From NCBI GenBank assembly GCA_002493515.1, contig DKYZ01000084.1, forward strand, positions 9 through 64,008: a stretch of 64,000 nt of DNA. Reading direction: 5' to 3'. Positions 21,195 to 30,319 of this stretch are shown here, piece by piece. Below the pieces are notes generated by a model. That model did not search any database and was not told the origin of the DNA. It saw only the letters and a program-made list of their open reading frames with translations. The position numbers were made by a program, and so were the translations under genes. This stretch comes from Porphyromonadaceae bacterium UBA7087. GTDB taxonomy: Bacteria > Bacteroidota > Bacteroidia > Bacteroidales > Muribaculaceae. Positions within the stretch are counted from its first letter, which is position 1. Each line of letters opens with the position of its first letter.

Positions 21195-21212
21195 GCAGTA
21201 ATGATTTGATGT

Positions 21213-21246
21213 TACTCCGCGCCATATGTTGTATCGGCGCGGAGTA
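21213..21246. terminator. Stem-loop after tpiA
   Basis: 11-bp inverted repeat TACTCCGCGCC / GGCGCGGAGTA; no clear U tail. Confidence 0.55.
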
Positions 21247-21267
21247 TTGACATTTCAGTTATATTTC

Positions 21268-22023
21268 TCAATCGAAGGCCTCGATGATGCCCATGAAGCT
21301 GTCTGCCTTGAGGGCTGCGCCACCGATAAGGCCGCCGTCTACGTCTGGTTTTGCGAAAAGCTCCTTCGCGTTGGTGGGCTTGCAGCTTCCGCCGTAGAGA
21401 ATCGACGTGTTGTCGGCAAGCTCCTTACCGTATTTCTCGGCAATCACGCTGCGGATATGGGCATGCATGTCCTGGGCCTGCTCGGCCGTGGCGGTCTTGC
21501 CTGTGCCGATGGCCCATACAGGCTCATAGGCTATGATTATCTTTGCGAAGTCGGCAGGCTCCAGGCTGAAGAGCGCCTCCACCTGGCCTTTGACTACCTC
21601 GTTGAAGCTGCCGTTCTCTCTCTCCTCGAGCACTTCGCCCACGCAGAAGATCGGGGTCAGACCGTTGGCAAGGGCAAGCTTCGTCTTTGCAAGAAGCTGC
21701 TCGTTGTTCTCGCCGAAATACTGACGGCGCTCGCTGTGGCCGAGTATCACGTGGTCAGCGCCCGTAGACTTGACCATGGCTGCGCTCACCTCGCCTGTAT
21801 AGGCGCCTTTCTCATGCTCGGAGCAGTTCTCGGCGCCCAGACCCATGACGCCCTCGTCGATTACGCCCTTCACTGCCACCAGGTGGGTGAAAGGTACGCA
21901 GATCACTACATCGCAGTTGGCCTTCTTTCCTTTGAGAAGACCGTTGATTTCATTGGCAAGCTCGACACCCTCCTCAAGAGTGGTGTTCATTTTCCAGTTG
22001 CCGGCTACAATATTTTTTCTCAT
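21268..22023 (-). CDS. tpiA: Triosephosphate isomerase
   Basis: [28 protein letters not shown] and GGLIGGA. Confidence 0.97.
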   Translation of the reverse strand: MRKNIVAGNWKMNTTLEEGVELANEINGLLKGKKANCDVVICVPFTHLVAVKGVIDEGVMGLGAENCSEHEKGAYTGEVSAAMVKSTGADHVILGHSERRQYFGENNEQLLAKTKLALANGLTPIFCVGEVLEERENGSFNEVVKGQVEALFSLEPADFAKIIIAYEPVWAIGTGKTATAEQAQDMHAHIRSVIAEKYGKELADNTSILYGGSCKPTNAKELFAKPDVDGGLIGGAALKADSFMGIIEAFD

Positions 22024-22144
22024 CGTCTATAAATTTTGAGTGCATTGCACCTCTATGTTTCAGAATGCAAAGTTAATCCTTTTATACATCAACTCAAAAT
22101 ATTTTTGGTTTCATTCACATTCCAGACCCTTCTTTACCATATAT

Positions 22145-22675
22145 TCACCCGCAAATCGTGTCCCGGAGATTGCGGCAGGCGTCTTCAAGAAGGTCAAGCA
22201 CAAGCTCGAAACCCTCCGCACCCTCATAATAAGGGTCTGGCACGTGGTCATAGCGGGTAGCCAGGGAAAAGAATGCCGACATAGGGATTATCTTCTCCTC
22301 CCCCTCGATATCCGGAGCCATACGACGCAGGTTAAGGATATTGGAGGCATCCATACCGACTATGAGGTCAAAGTGCCTGAAATCCTCCCCGCATACCTGA
22401 CGGCAACGGTGGGTAAGCTCATATCCCCGCCTTCTTGCATGGATACGCATCCTATCGTCGGGAAGCGAACCTATGTGGTATCTGCCTGTCCCGGCCGAGT
22501 CAAACTCCCACTTCTTGCCGCAACCGTTCTCTTCTGCGACAGAACGCATTACCTCCTCTGCGGCAGGGCTGCGGCAGATATTGCCAAGACACACGAACAA
22601 TATCTTTATCTCCTTCTTTCCCCTGAGCCTCTCGACAGCGGCCCTTACCTTGGAATCCTAAATATCTATCTTCAT
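22145..22675 (-). CDS. Low-molecular-weight protein-tyrosine phosphatase; in-frame TAG at codon 6 if ATG 22675 is the start, otherwise TTG 22600
   Basis: FVCLGNICRSP P-loop, DSAGT and VPDPYY. Confidence 0.85.
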
Positions 22676-22694
22676 TTCCTAATTCTTTTTATTA

Positions 22695-23615
22695 TTATCT
22701 TGCATGGCGGCGCGGAAACATCTTGCGCATTCGCAACAGGACCTTGTCGATCGGATCGGCAACTACCACAAGCGTGGTCGCCACAACTATGAGCAATCCT
22801 CCGGCAAGCTCACGCGCCGTTATTGACTGTCCGAGAGTCACGACACTCAGGACAACAGCTGTCACAGGCTCCAATGCCCCGAAAATGGCGGTAGGTGTTG
22901 ACCCGATGCAATGGATGGCTATGGTGGTGCAGCTGAGCGAGACCACTGTCGGCAACACCGACAGGCAGCCAAGGTTTATCCAGTCGGCATTATGACTCAC
23001 AGGAGTGAACGGAGTGCCTATGCATAACATGAAGATAAAGACCATGCTTCCGAACAGCAGCTGCCAGAACAGAAGCGTCAGAGTAGGAATCCGCTGTACC
23101 CTCTTCGATACGTTCGTCATGACAAGATATATGGCGTAGGTAAGCGACGACATCATCACGAGCAGCACTCCCATTCCGCTTATAGAAACTCCTTCGGGCG
23201 CACGGAGCAGCAGGATCAGTCCGGCCCCCATCACTACAAGGCATATCCCGGTGGTGGCCCGGAAACGTTCATGGAAGATAAATGTCATCAGAAGGGCCAC
23301 CATGACAGGATATACGAACAGCAGTGTCGAGGCAATTCCGGAGTTCATGTAATTGTAAGAAGCGAACAAGGTGAGCGAGGAAATGCCCATCAGCACTCCG
23401 AGAATAGCAAGCGGGGTCAGGTCTCGCCTCTCCACACGCAGCGAATGTCCTCTCAGCAACACCATTGCCGCCAGAAGCGGCAACCCCATGGCATAGCGGA
23501 AGAGCAAAACCGTGTTCGGATTCATACCGTGCTCGTAGAGAGGCACGGCGAATGCCGGGTTCGTTCCATAGGTAGCGGCTGCAAGCGCCGCCAGCAGATA
23601 TCCTTTCATCTTCAT
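22695..23615 (-). CDS. DMT/EamA family transporter
   Basis: Ten TM segments, LEPVTAV motif; ATG 5 nt after TAATTTTG. Confidence 0.88.
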   Translation of the reverse strand: MKMKGYLLAALAAATYGTNPAFAVPLYEHGMNPNTVLLFRYAMGLPLLAAMVLLRGHSLRVERRDLTPLAILGVLMGISSLTLFASYNYMNSGIASTLLFVYPVMVALLMTFIFHERFRATTGICLVVMGAGLILLLRAPEGVSISGMGVLLVMMSSLTYAIYLVMTNVSKRVQRIPTLTLLFWQLLFGSMVFIFMLCIGTPFTPVSHNADWINLGCLSVLPTVVSLSCTTIAIHCIGSTPTAIFGALEPVTAVVLSVVTLGQSITARELAGGLLIVVATTLVVVADPIDKVLLRMRKMFPRRHAR

Positions 23616-23696
23616 GACTGCAAAATTAATAAAAATCATTAACTTTGTAATCCAGATTTCCTGCTGCTTGTTTAACTATCATATTAACAACTTATT

Positions 23697-25055
23697 ATGA
23701 ATCGTGACAATATTGATTTCCGTAATGGTGAGATAGGACGCCTGTTCCGTTCGCTCTTTTTTCCGACCCTCGTGGCAATGGTCTTCAACTCCGCATTGAA
23801 TATATGCGACGGAATGTTTGTAGGCCATGGTGTCGGGCCCGACGCCCTCGCTGCAATCAACATTGTGGCACCTTATTTCATGCTGTGCATCGGCATCGGC
23901 CTCATGTTCGGGTTCGGTGCCTCTGTGATAGGCAGCATCCGTCTCTCGGAAGACAATGTGAAGGCCGCGCGCATAATAATGACCCAGGCGTATCTTGCTG
24001 GAGCCGTGATCTTTGCGATAGTCATAGCCCTGACGCTCATTTTCACTGATGAGATCCTGTATCTTCTTGGAAGCAGCGACAGACTCATCGACCAGGCACG
24101 CTCCTATCTGCTTTGGCTTCTCCCGGGATTCTTTTTCTTCTACCTCCAGTGTGTGGGCATGATGCTCGTGCGCCTCGACGGCTCGCCGAAATATGCCATG
24201 AGTGTACAGATTGTGGCGGCCGTTCTGAATATATTTCTCGACTGGCTGATGGTGTTTCCCCTCGACATGGGCATCAGCGGTGCCTCCATCGCCACATCCT
24301 TCTCTTGCATCGTCGGAGGAACGATGGTGCTTGTCTATTTTATCTTCTTTTCCGATAAGCTGAAGTTCTACAGGCTGAAGCGCACTCGCAAATCCCTGAT
24401 GCTGACTCTGCGCAATATAGGATACATGAGCAGAATCGGTTTTGCTACGTTCCTCTCTGAAATAGCGATGGGAGGAATGATGGTGACGGGAAACTATATG
24501 TTCCTGCAGAGGCTTGGTGAGGCCGGAGTCGCGGCGTTCAGCGTAGGCTGCTATCTCTTCCCGATCATTTTCTCCATCAGCAATGCCGTGGCCCAGTCGT
24601 CGCAACCCATCATCAGCTTCAATTACGGGGCTCACGACATGACGCGTGTCTTCAAGGCCCTCAGGCTCGCTTTGGAAACTGCCACACTATGCGGCCTGCT
24701 GATCTCGATATGCATGTGGACCGGCTCACCGTTTCTCGCAGCAATATTTCTCCCGGCCGAGACCGAGGCTTTTGCAATAGCGGCCGACGGATTGCCGCTT
24801 CTCGGTCTCTGCTCCTTATTTTTCGCCGTCAACATCACCTTCATTGGCTATTATCAGAGCACGGAGCGCGTGGTGGCCTCCACCGTCTATTCCATGCTCC
24901 GTGGAATTGTATTCGTGATTCCTGCTTTTATTCTCCTTCCTTACGTTTTCGACGACAACGGTCTGTGGCTGGCCGTTCCCTCCGCGGAACTCATTACCAT
25001 GGTTATAATAATCGCCGTCTACCTCAATGGCAAACGGCGGTTGGCCAGAAGCTGA
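23697..25055 (+). CDS. MATE family efflux transporter
   Basis: DGMFVGHGVG..ALAAIN, RLDGSP, NIFLD and QPIISFNYGA. Confidence 0.92.
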   Translation: MNRDNIDFRNGEIGRLFRSLFFPTLVAMVFNSALNICDGMFVGHGVGPDALAAINIVAPYFMLCIGIGLMFGFGASVIGSIRLSEDNVKAARIIMTQAYLAGAVIFAIVIALTLIFTDEILYLLGSSDRLIDQARSYLLWLLPGFFFFYLQCVGMMLVRLDGSPKYAMSVQIVAAVLNIFLDWLMVFPLDMGISGASIATSFSCIVGGTMVLVYFIFFSDKLKFYRLKRTRKSLMLTLRNIGYMSRIGFATFLSEIAMGGMMVTGNYMFLQRLGEAGVAAFSVGCYLFPIIFSISNAVAQSSQPIISFNYGAHDMTRVFKALRLALETATLCGLLISICMWTGSPFLAAIFLPAETEAFAIAADGLPLLGLCSLFFAVNITFIGYYQSTERVVASTVYSMLRGIVFVIPAFILLPYVFDDNGLWLAVPSAELITMVIIIAVYLNGKRRLARS

Positions 25056-25077
25056 CGCATTGCGTCCGGCAGCTCGC

Positions 25078-26235
25078 TCATGCTCCCTGCGATTTATATT
25101 TATGGTGTAGCATGACGAAACATATCAGCCCGATGAGCGCGAACGGTATCCCTATCAATGCAGGCGACGCGAGGCCGAGACCCTTATGGATGGCGAATCC
25201 TCCGATGGCCGCGCTGCAGGCGTTGGAGACGTTGAACGCTATCTGTATGCCGGCGCCCCCGAGCATCTCGCCCCCCTGGGAAAAACGCACGATGAGGAAT
25301 TGCGGCGGTCCGCCGATACCGAACAGGCCGGCGCTCGCGATAAAGGCAAGCATAAGCGACGCCACTTTGTAATCGACACAAAAATATGTGGCGTCCATGA
25401 CAGCCACAAGCATTGCGGCTATCGAGGCGCTTACCATGCCGGGATAATACCTGTCGGCAAGTTTACCGGCTATGAAGTTGCCTACCACCATGCCGACGCC
25501 GATAAGCATCATGATCCAGGTCATGTCGGCAAGCGTGAACCCGGTGATGCGCGTCATTATCGGGCTAACATAGCTCAGCCAGCAATATACGCTCGCCTGG
25601 CCGAAAAATACGCCTCCATATATCAGCCAGGGGGCACTTGACCTGAGGAACCGGAACTGCCCCTTCAATCCGGTGTCGGGAAGAGCGTCGAGCACAGGAA
25701 CCCAGCTGCGTATGGCAATGACGGCAAACAATCCGAAAAGGGCCACCAGGGCAAACGCCCATCTCCAGGCAAGGAGATTGCTGATGAATGTCGCTGCCGG
25801 CACACCAATCACATTGGCCACCGTCATACCTCCTATCATCACCGCCACCGCTGCCGCGCCATGCCCCTTGGCGGCCAGACGTGTACAGACTATCGAGCCG
25901 CATCCGAAAAACGCGCCATGGGGCAATCCGGAGATAAAGCGGGCACAGAGAAGGGTATAGAACTCCGGCGCAATAGCAGCGAAAGTATTGCCGGCGGCTA
26001 TGACCGACGCTAAAATCAGAAGTACTTTTCGCAGAGGGAGTTTCCTCATGACGATGAGAAGCGGCGCACCGACAGCCACTCCGAGCGAGTAAGCCGAAAT
26101 CAGATGTCCGGCGGTGGAGACCGGGATGTGCAGCTCATCCGAGACATCACTGAGGATACCCATCATGCTGAACTCAGCTATTCCAAGAGCGAAAGTCCCT
26201 ATCGCCAAAGCCACAAGGCTAAGTTTTGTCTTCAT
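25078..26235 (-). CDS. MFS transporter (AraJ/DHA1-like)
   Basis: LAIGTFALGIAEF, GHLISAYSLG and RFISGLPHGAFFG. Confidence 0.9.
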   Translation of the reverse strand: MKTKLSLVALAIGTFALGIAEFSMMGILSDVSDELHIPVSTAGHLISAYSLGVAVGAPLLIVMRKLPLRKVLLILASVIAAGNTFAAIAPEFYTLLCARFISGLPHGAFFGCGSIVCTRLAAKGHGAAAVAVMIGGMTVANVIGVPAATFISNLLAWRWAFALVALFGLFAVIAIRSWVPVLDALPDTGLKGQFRFLRSSAPWLIYGGVFFGQASVYCWLSYVSPIMTRITGFTLADMTWIMMLIGVGMVVGNFIAGKLADRYYPGMVSASIAAMLVAVMDATYFCVDYKVASLMLAFIASAGLFGIGGPPQFLIVRFSQGGEMLGGAGIQIAFNVSNACSAAIGGFAIHKGLGLASPALIGIPFALIGLICFVMLHHKYKSQGA

Positions 26236-26417
26236 CTATCACTCTATTACATTATTTTGACCTTATTATAAACGTCCTGTCCCCCGTTTATTGTCTTCCC
26301 GATAATATCCATGAACGGAACACACAATATATCAACGCATTATCCGTTTTACAGGGAAACGGCCTCAGGTACCCGATACCTAAGGCAACTAATATAAGCC
26401 CACTTAAACTTAATTCT

Positions 26418-26983
26418 ATGGTGCAAAATATAAAATCGCGGAAAGCGGCTCTCTTCAAGACCGCAGCTTCCTTGCTTGCCATCTCATCTTTGGCCATGTC
26501 CACATTTCTTTCAGGCTGCCGACACGAATATGATTGCGAGCTCCAGGAAATCCATCTTTCCATGTATGATTTCAGCGGAAAGACCCCGGAATGGTGATTT
26601 CCGGCCTCTCCATGAACCATAACGCCTTAATGCTCTCTGGAAGCCTGGTGCCCTCAAAAGACGATATGACATTCAATCCCGTCTACAATATCAATCCGCA
26701 GCTTGAATATGTCAAGGTGGTCAGACTTGACGATTCCAAGAGCGAGCAGGATGTCTCCAATCTATTCAATGTCCTTCCCAACGGCATAATGAGCGATATT
26801 CAGGTGGATCTTGGCAAGAACAACGGACATACCATATCATACCTGAAAGGCATCTCCGAGTTTTACCTGCAACCCAAGACTCCACTGGACCCAGGAAAGT
26901 ATGCATTCATAATTGTCGGAGTAATGTCCGACGGCTCAGAATCGCGAAGCAACATCGGGATAATAACTCTCACAAACGATTGA
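26418..26983 (+). pseudogene. Lipoprotein gene split by a -1 frameshift near 26579-26597
   Basis: Lipobox LSGC ORF stops at 26597 and continues in the -1 frame (26591-26983) with no signal peptide of its own. Confidence 0.6.
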
Positions 26984-26987
26984 CGAC

Positions 26988-27686
26988 ATGAAACCGTTTT
27001 ACCCACTGCTTCTGTCATTCGCTCTCGTGCCGGGCGTGTCATATGCGCAGAGAAATGACACCCAGTCTATCGGTTTCTCCATGGGAGGGCCTGTATATCC
27101 CTTGTCAAAAGGGAGCCATATATCTACAATGGGCATATTCGGAATTTCTTACTCCCGGAACATCAAGCCGACCTGGCAGCTATGTGGAAAAATCGAGTCG
27201 ACAAACTGGGTTTATGAAATCGGAGACGACTGGAAATACCCGATAACGTTAGGATCGGATGAGGATTCCCCCCTGACATTCCATCAGTTCGCAATCGAAC
27301 CCCAGATCGGAGCAAGATATTGTCTGACATACAAGAAATTCAGCTTCATGCCGGGAGTCTTCATCGGGTTGGAGATACCGTTCAGGTCAAGAAAGACACT
27401 CTATGTCAAGGATTACGGTTCAAGCGAAATATACAGGAATATCTCCCGGTTCGAAAACAACAGGGTTGCGCCAACCATATCGGCATATCTGAGGTTCTCT
27501 TTGCGTTGCAGCCGGTGTATTTCCCTCGCTCTTGAGGCCGGCTACCACCAGTCGTTCGCCAGAAGAGAGTTCTCATCCACAGTGACTCCGCTTTTCAGAC
27601 CGGAGGATGTGGTCAGCACGATAACAGCCACAAAAACCGATATCCTGCGAATCCCTGTCGCTCTTAGCCTCGATATTCATCTATAA
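26988..27686 (+). CDS. Putative outer-membrane beta-barrel protein
   Basis: Signal peptide, alternating hydrophobic strands, C-terminal LSLDIHL. Confidence 0.65.
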   Translation: MKPFYPLLLSFALVPGVSYAQRNDTQSIGFSMGGPVYPLSKGSHISTMGIFGISYSRNIKPTWQLCGKIESTNWVYEIGDDWKYPITLGSDEDSPLTFHQFAIEPQIGARYCLTYKKFSFMPGVFIGLEIPFRSRKTLYVKDYGSSEIYRNISRFENNRVAPTISAYLRFSLRCSRCISLALEAGYHQSFARREFSSTVTPLFRPEDVVSTITATKTDILRIPVALSLDIHL

Positions 27687-27690
27687 ACAT

Positions 27691-27726
27691 TTACGGGGCT
27701 CCGGAATAGATTCCGAAGCCCCGTAA
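27691..27726. terminator. Bidirectional terminator
   Basis: TTACGGGGCTCCGGAAT / ATTCCGAAGCCCCGTAA inverted repeat between convergent genes. Confidence 0.8.
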
Positions 27727-27746
27727 TATCGGTCTGGCACAATGTG

Positions 27747-29042
27747 TCAGTCAAGCTTGAACGACACAGGAAGGTTGAAGTAGCAGGCCACGGGCTTGCC
27801 GCCTACCTTTCCGGGAGACCATTTCGGCATATTCTTCACGACTCTCACGGCCTCTTTGTCAAGAGAAGGATGAACACCCTTCGCAACGGTGACGTCACCA
27901 ATGCGGCCATCCGCCTCGACGACAAACTTCACAACGACTCTGCCCTCTATCTTCTCCTTCTGGGCCTCTTCCGGATATTTCAAGTTCTTGCACATAAAAT
28001 CCATCATGGCTGTCATCCCTCCGGGATACTCCGGGAGAGTCTCCACTGCCGTATGTATCTTTTCCTCTTGCGAGGTAGCGCCATTTTCACTAACTTTGCT
28101 CTCCGAAACGGCCGCGGCCACCGGAACACCGGCATCCGACGCATCACGAAGGGTTGTTGCCACGGCCGGTATGTCGGCCACGAGGAGCGCGGCGCCCAAT
28201 GCCGGCACCAGCGCCAGCCCGCGCCAAAGGCTGCGGGACGATGGTTTTTTCTTACACATCATGGTGATTCTGTTTTTTAGTTTACTATGATTGAAGCTGT
28301 TGGCAACCGACGGGAATCTCTTGCCGACAGCTCTTTTTATCAACATCATCTGATAGCGGCGGCCATCAAAGCCTTCTCTCATCACGGCCTCGTCGGCCTC
28401 ATACTCATGCACGGCCCTGAGCTCCTCGCGCATGAGCCATGACGCGGGGTTGAACCACTGCACCATGCACACTGCCTGGGCAAACATCAGGTCTATCCAA
28501 TGGCAGGAGGCAAGATGACGGCTCTCATGGCTCAGCAATGCCCCCAGCGACTCATCGCCACTTTCATAGTCATCTCTCGACAGGATTATGTAATGCTTCC
28601 AGCTGAATGGTGCAAGCGTATTATCGTTTGTGACAACCAGGGTCCACTCACCTCTCTCCATTTTCTCGCCTCTCTTTATCAAGGAATGCAATCTGAAGTA
28701 TGCCCCTATCCATCCTGCCGCCACGACTGCCATTCCTATGATCCAGATAAGCAGGGCAATCGACATTATTATGTACGAAACCGACGTTTCACCATTTGCC
28801 GGTGTCACTGCCGCCGCGAAATCGAAATTCACATCTATAACGCCGGTCTCCTTTGCCACTCCCAGATATTTCAACTGCCCTGTCAATGGGAAGAACAACA
28901 GACTGATGACATAAATGCCCAGTAGCGCCAAACGGTCATACCACAAAGGGCAGCGTCTGGCCATACACCATTTATATCCAAGATAAAGAACGGCAAGAAC
29001 TATCGAGGAAGCGAGTGTGTAGGAGAATATCTGTCCGATCAT
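27747..29042 (-). CDS. BlaR1-like M56 peptidase fused to a TonB C-terminal domain
   Basis: APFSW, HESRH (HExxH), WFNP, HEYEAD and LKNRITMM; TonB_C motifs YPEEA..IEGRVVVKFVV and WSPG. Confidence 0.92.
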   Translation of the reverse strand: MIGQIFSYTLASSIVLAVLYLGYKWCMARRCPLWYDRLALLGIYVISLLFFPLTGQLKYLGVAKETGVIDVNFDFAAAVTPANGETSVSYIIMSIALLIWIIGMAVVAAGWIGAYFRLHSLIKRGEKMERGEWTLVVTNDNTLAPFSWKHYIILSRDDYESGDESLGALLSHESRHLASCHWIDLMFAQAVCMVQWFNPASWLMREELRAVHEYEADEAVMREGFDGRRYQMMLIKRAVGKRFPSVANSFNHSKLKNRITMMCKKKPSSRSLWRGLALVPALGAALLVADIPAVATTLRDASDAGVPVAAAVSESKVSENGATSQEEKIHTAVETLPEYPGGMTAMMDFMCKNLKYPEEAQKEKIEGRVVVKFVVEADGRIGDVTVAKGVHPSLDKEAVRVVKNMPKWSPGKVGGKPVACYFNLPVSFKLD

Positions 29043-29461
29043 ATCGAGCCTCCTTTCCTGTCCGAGTCATCCCGGGAGTCTACGTCCTTACCCTTCTCCA
29101 CCATATCTATTATCTCCCTGAGTTCATCAACCGAGATCTTCTCCTCCTCCACCAACGCCGATACAATCTTCTTGTAGGAGTTGCTGAAATAATTGGCTAC
29201 CACATCCGCCAGGCTCTTTTCGCGAAAATCCTCCCGACGGGCCACCGCCCTGTAACGGTAGGTGGTTCCGAAGGCCTCATGCTCCACATATCCCTTGGAC
29301 TCAAGATTCCTCACCGTGGTGGAGAGTGTGTTGAAATGCGGCTTGGGCTCATCGCTCAGCTCCACCATCTCACGCACAAAGAGGGGACCGTGTTCCCAGA
29401 GCATCTGCATTACGCTCCGCTCCCTTTCCGCAAGTATCGCCGGTTTCCTTCCTGCTTTCAT
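29039..29461 (-). CDS. BlaI/MecI/CopY family repressor
   Basis: E..VMQMLW, PHFNTLSTTVRNLESKGYV and YFSNSY. Confidence 0.92.
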   Translation of the reverse strand: MKAGRKPAILAERERSVMQMLWEHGPLFVREMVELSDEPKPHFNTLSTTVRNLESKGYVEHEAFGTTYRYRAVARREDFREKSLADVVANYFSNSYKKIVSALVEEEKISVDELREIIDMVEKGKDVDSRDDSDRKGGSI

Positions 29462-29485
29462 ATCATTCGATTTAAGTTTGACACC

Positions 29486-29533
29486 GCAAATTTAGCAATT
29501 AATTGATTAGTTTTCAAACTATCCAATTAGTTT
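29486..29533 (-). promoter_or_regulatory. blaI promoter with two tandem palindromic operators
   Basis: -7 box TAAATTTG (29494-29487); AATTA-N6-TAGTT (29497-29512) and AAACTA-N6-TAGTTT (29516-29533), 20 bp apart. Confidence 0.6.
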
Positions 29534-29635
29534 TAATGTTAATAATTGTTAATTTGAGATATTTTATAGCACATGAGATATTTTTCAGCACGAAGGCATA
29601 GAAACCAAGAAGCGTTTTAGCCGACAAAACTTATT

Positions 29636-30319
29636 TTACAGCGAAGTAGCCGAAAGGATGTATCCTTTCTTCTTGATGGAGGTGATTGCGACAGACGGGT
29701 CTGTCAGCAGTCGCCGGATATAGGTTATCTGGACGTTGAGGGCAAGGGAGTTGGAATAGCTCGCGTCACCCCATATCCTTTCAAGAATCAAGTCACGCTC
29801 TACCGGTTTCCCGAGATTTTCCGCCAGCATCTGCAAAATCTCGGTCTGGCGCACTGACAACGAATGTGTCTCTCCCTTAAAAGTCAAGGAAGACAGATTT
29901 GGTCTGAAAACAGTTTCTCCAAGCTGATATTCGATATCCTGATCCACCGTCATGCTTTCGAACCGCTCATTGATTCTGGCAATCAGCTCCTCCGGATAGA
30001 AGGGTTTGGGAATGTAATCGTTTCCCTTCAGCGAAAAACCATGCAGACGGTCAACCTTGTCAGTGCGGTCGGTAAGAAAGAAGATTATCACCCGCTTATC
30101 CTTCTCGCGTATGATTCTTGCCATCTCGAAACCATTCAGCTCCGGCATATTGATGTCGAGCAATATAAGGTCGGGACGCTCCTCACGGTACATCTCCAGC
30201 CCAACCTTGCCATTGTTTGCATATACGACGGCATAACCCTCTGCCTCGATAAAACGTTTGAGCAGCATCGAGTTCCTGAGGTCGTCGTCCACCAAAAGTA
30301 TCTTGATCGATTTCTTCAT
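29636..30319 (-). CDS. OmpR/PhoB-family response regulator
   Basis: LLVDDD, LDINMP and KPF receiver motifs; wHTH with IWG and GY; ATGA overlap with the kinase. Confidence 0.92.
   Translation of the reverse strand: MKKSIKILLVDDDLRNSMLLKRFIEAEGYAVVYANNGKVGLEMYREERPDLILLDINMPELNGFEMARIIREKDKRVIIFFLTDRTDKVDRLHGFSLKGNDYIPKPFYPEELIARINERFESMTVDQDIEYQLGETVFRPNLSSLTFKGETHSLSVRQTEILQMLAENLGKPVERDLILERIWGDASYSNSLALNVQITYIRRLLTDPSVAITSIKKKGYILSATSL

Noticed and set aside
22658-22660. Genome-wide TAG recoding
   Set aside because: Only one candidate in-frame TAG; all other genes read intact under code 11
26311-26397. 28-codon ORF and two small hairpins upstream of the lipoprotein
   Set aside because: No promoter or coding evidence; could be chance
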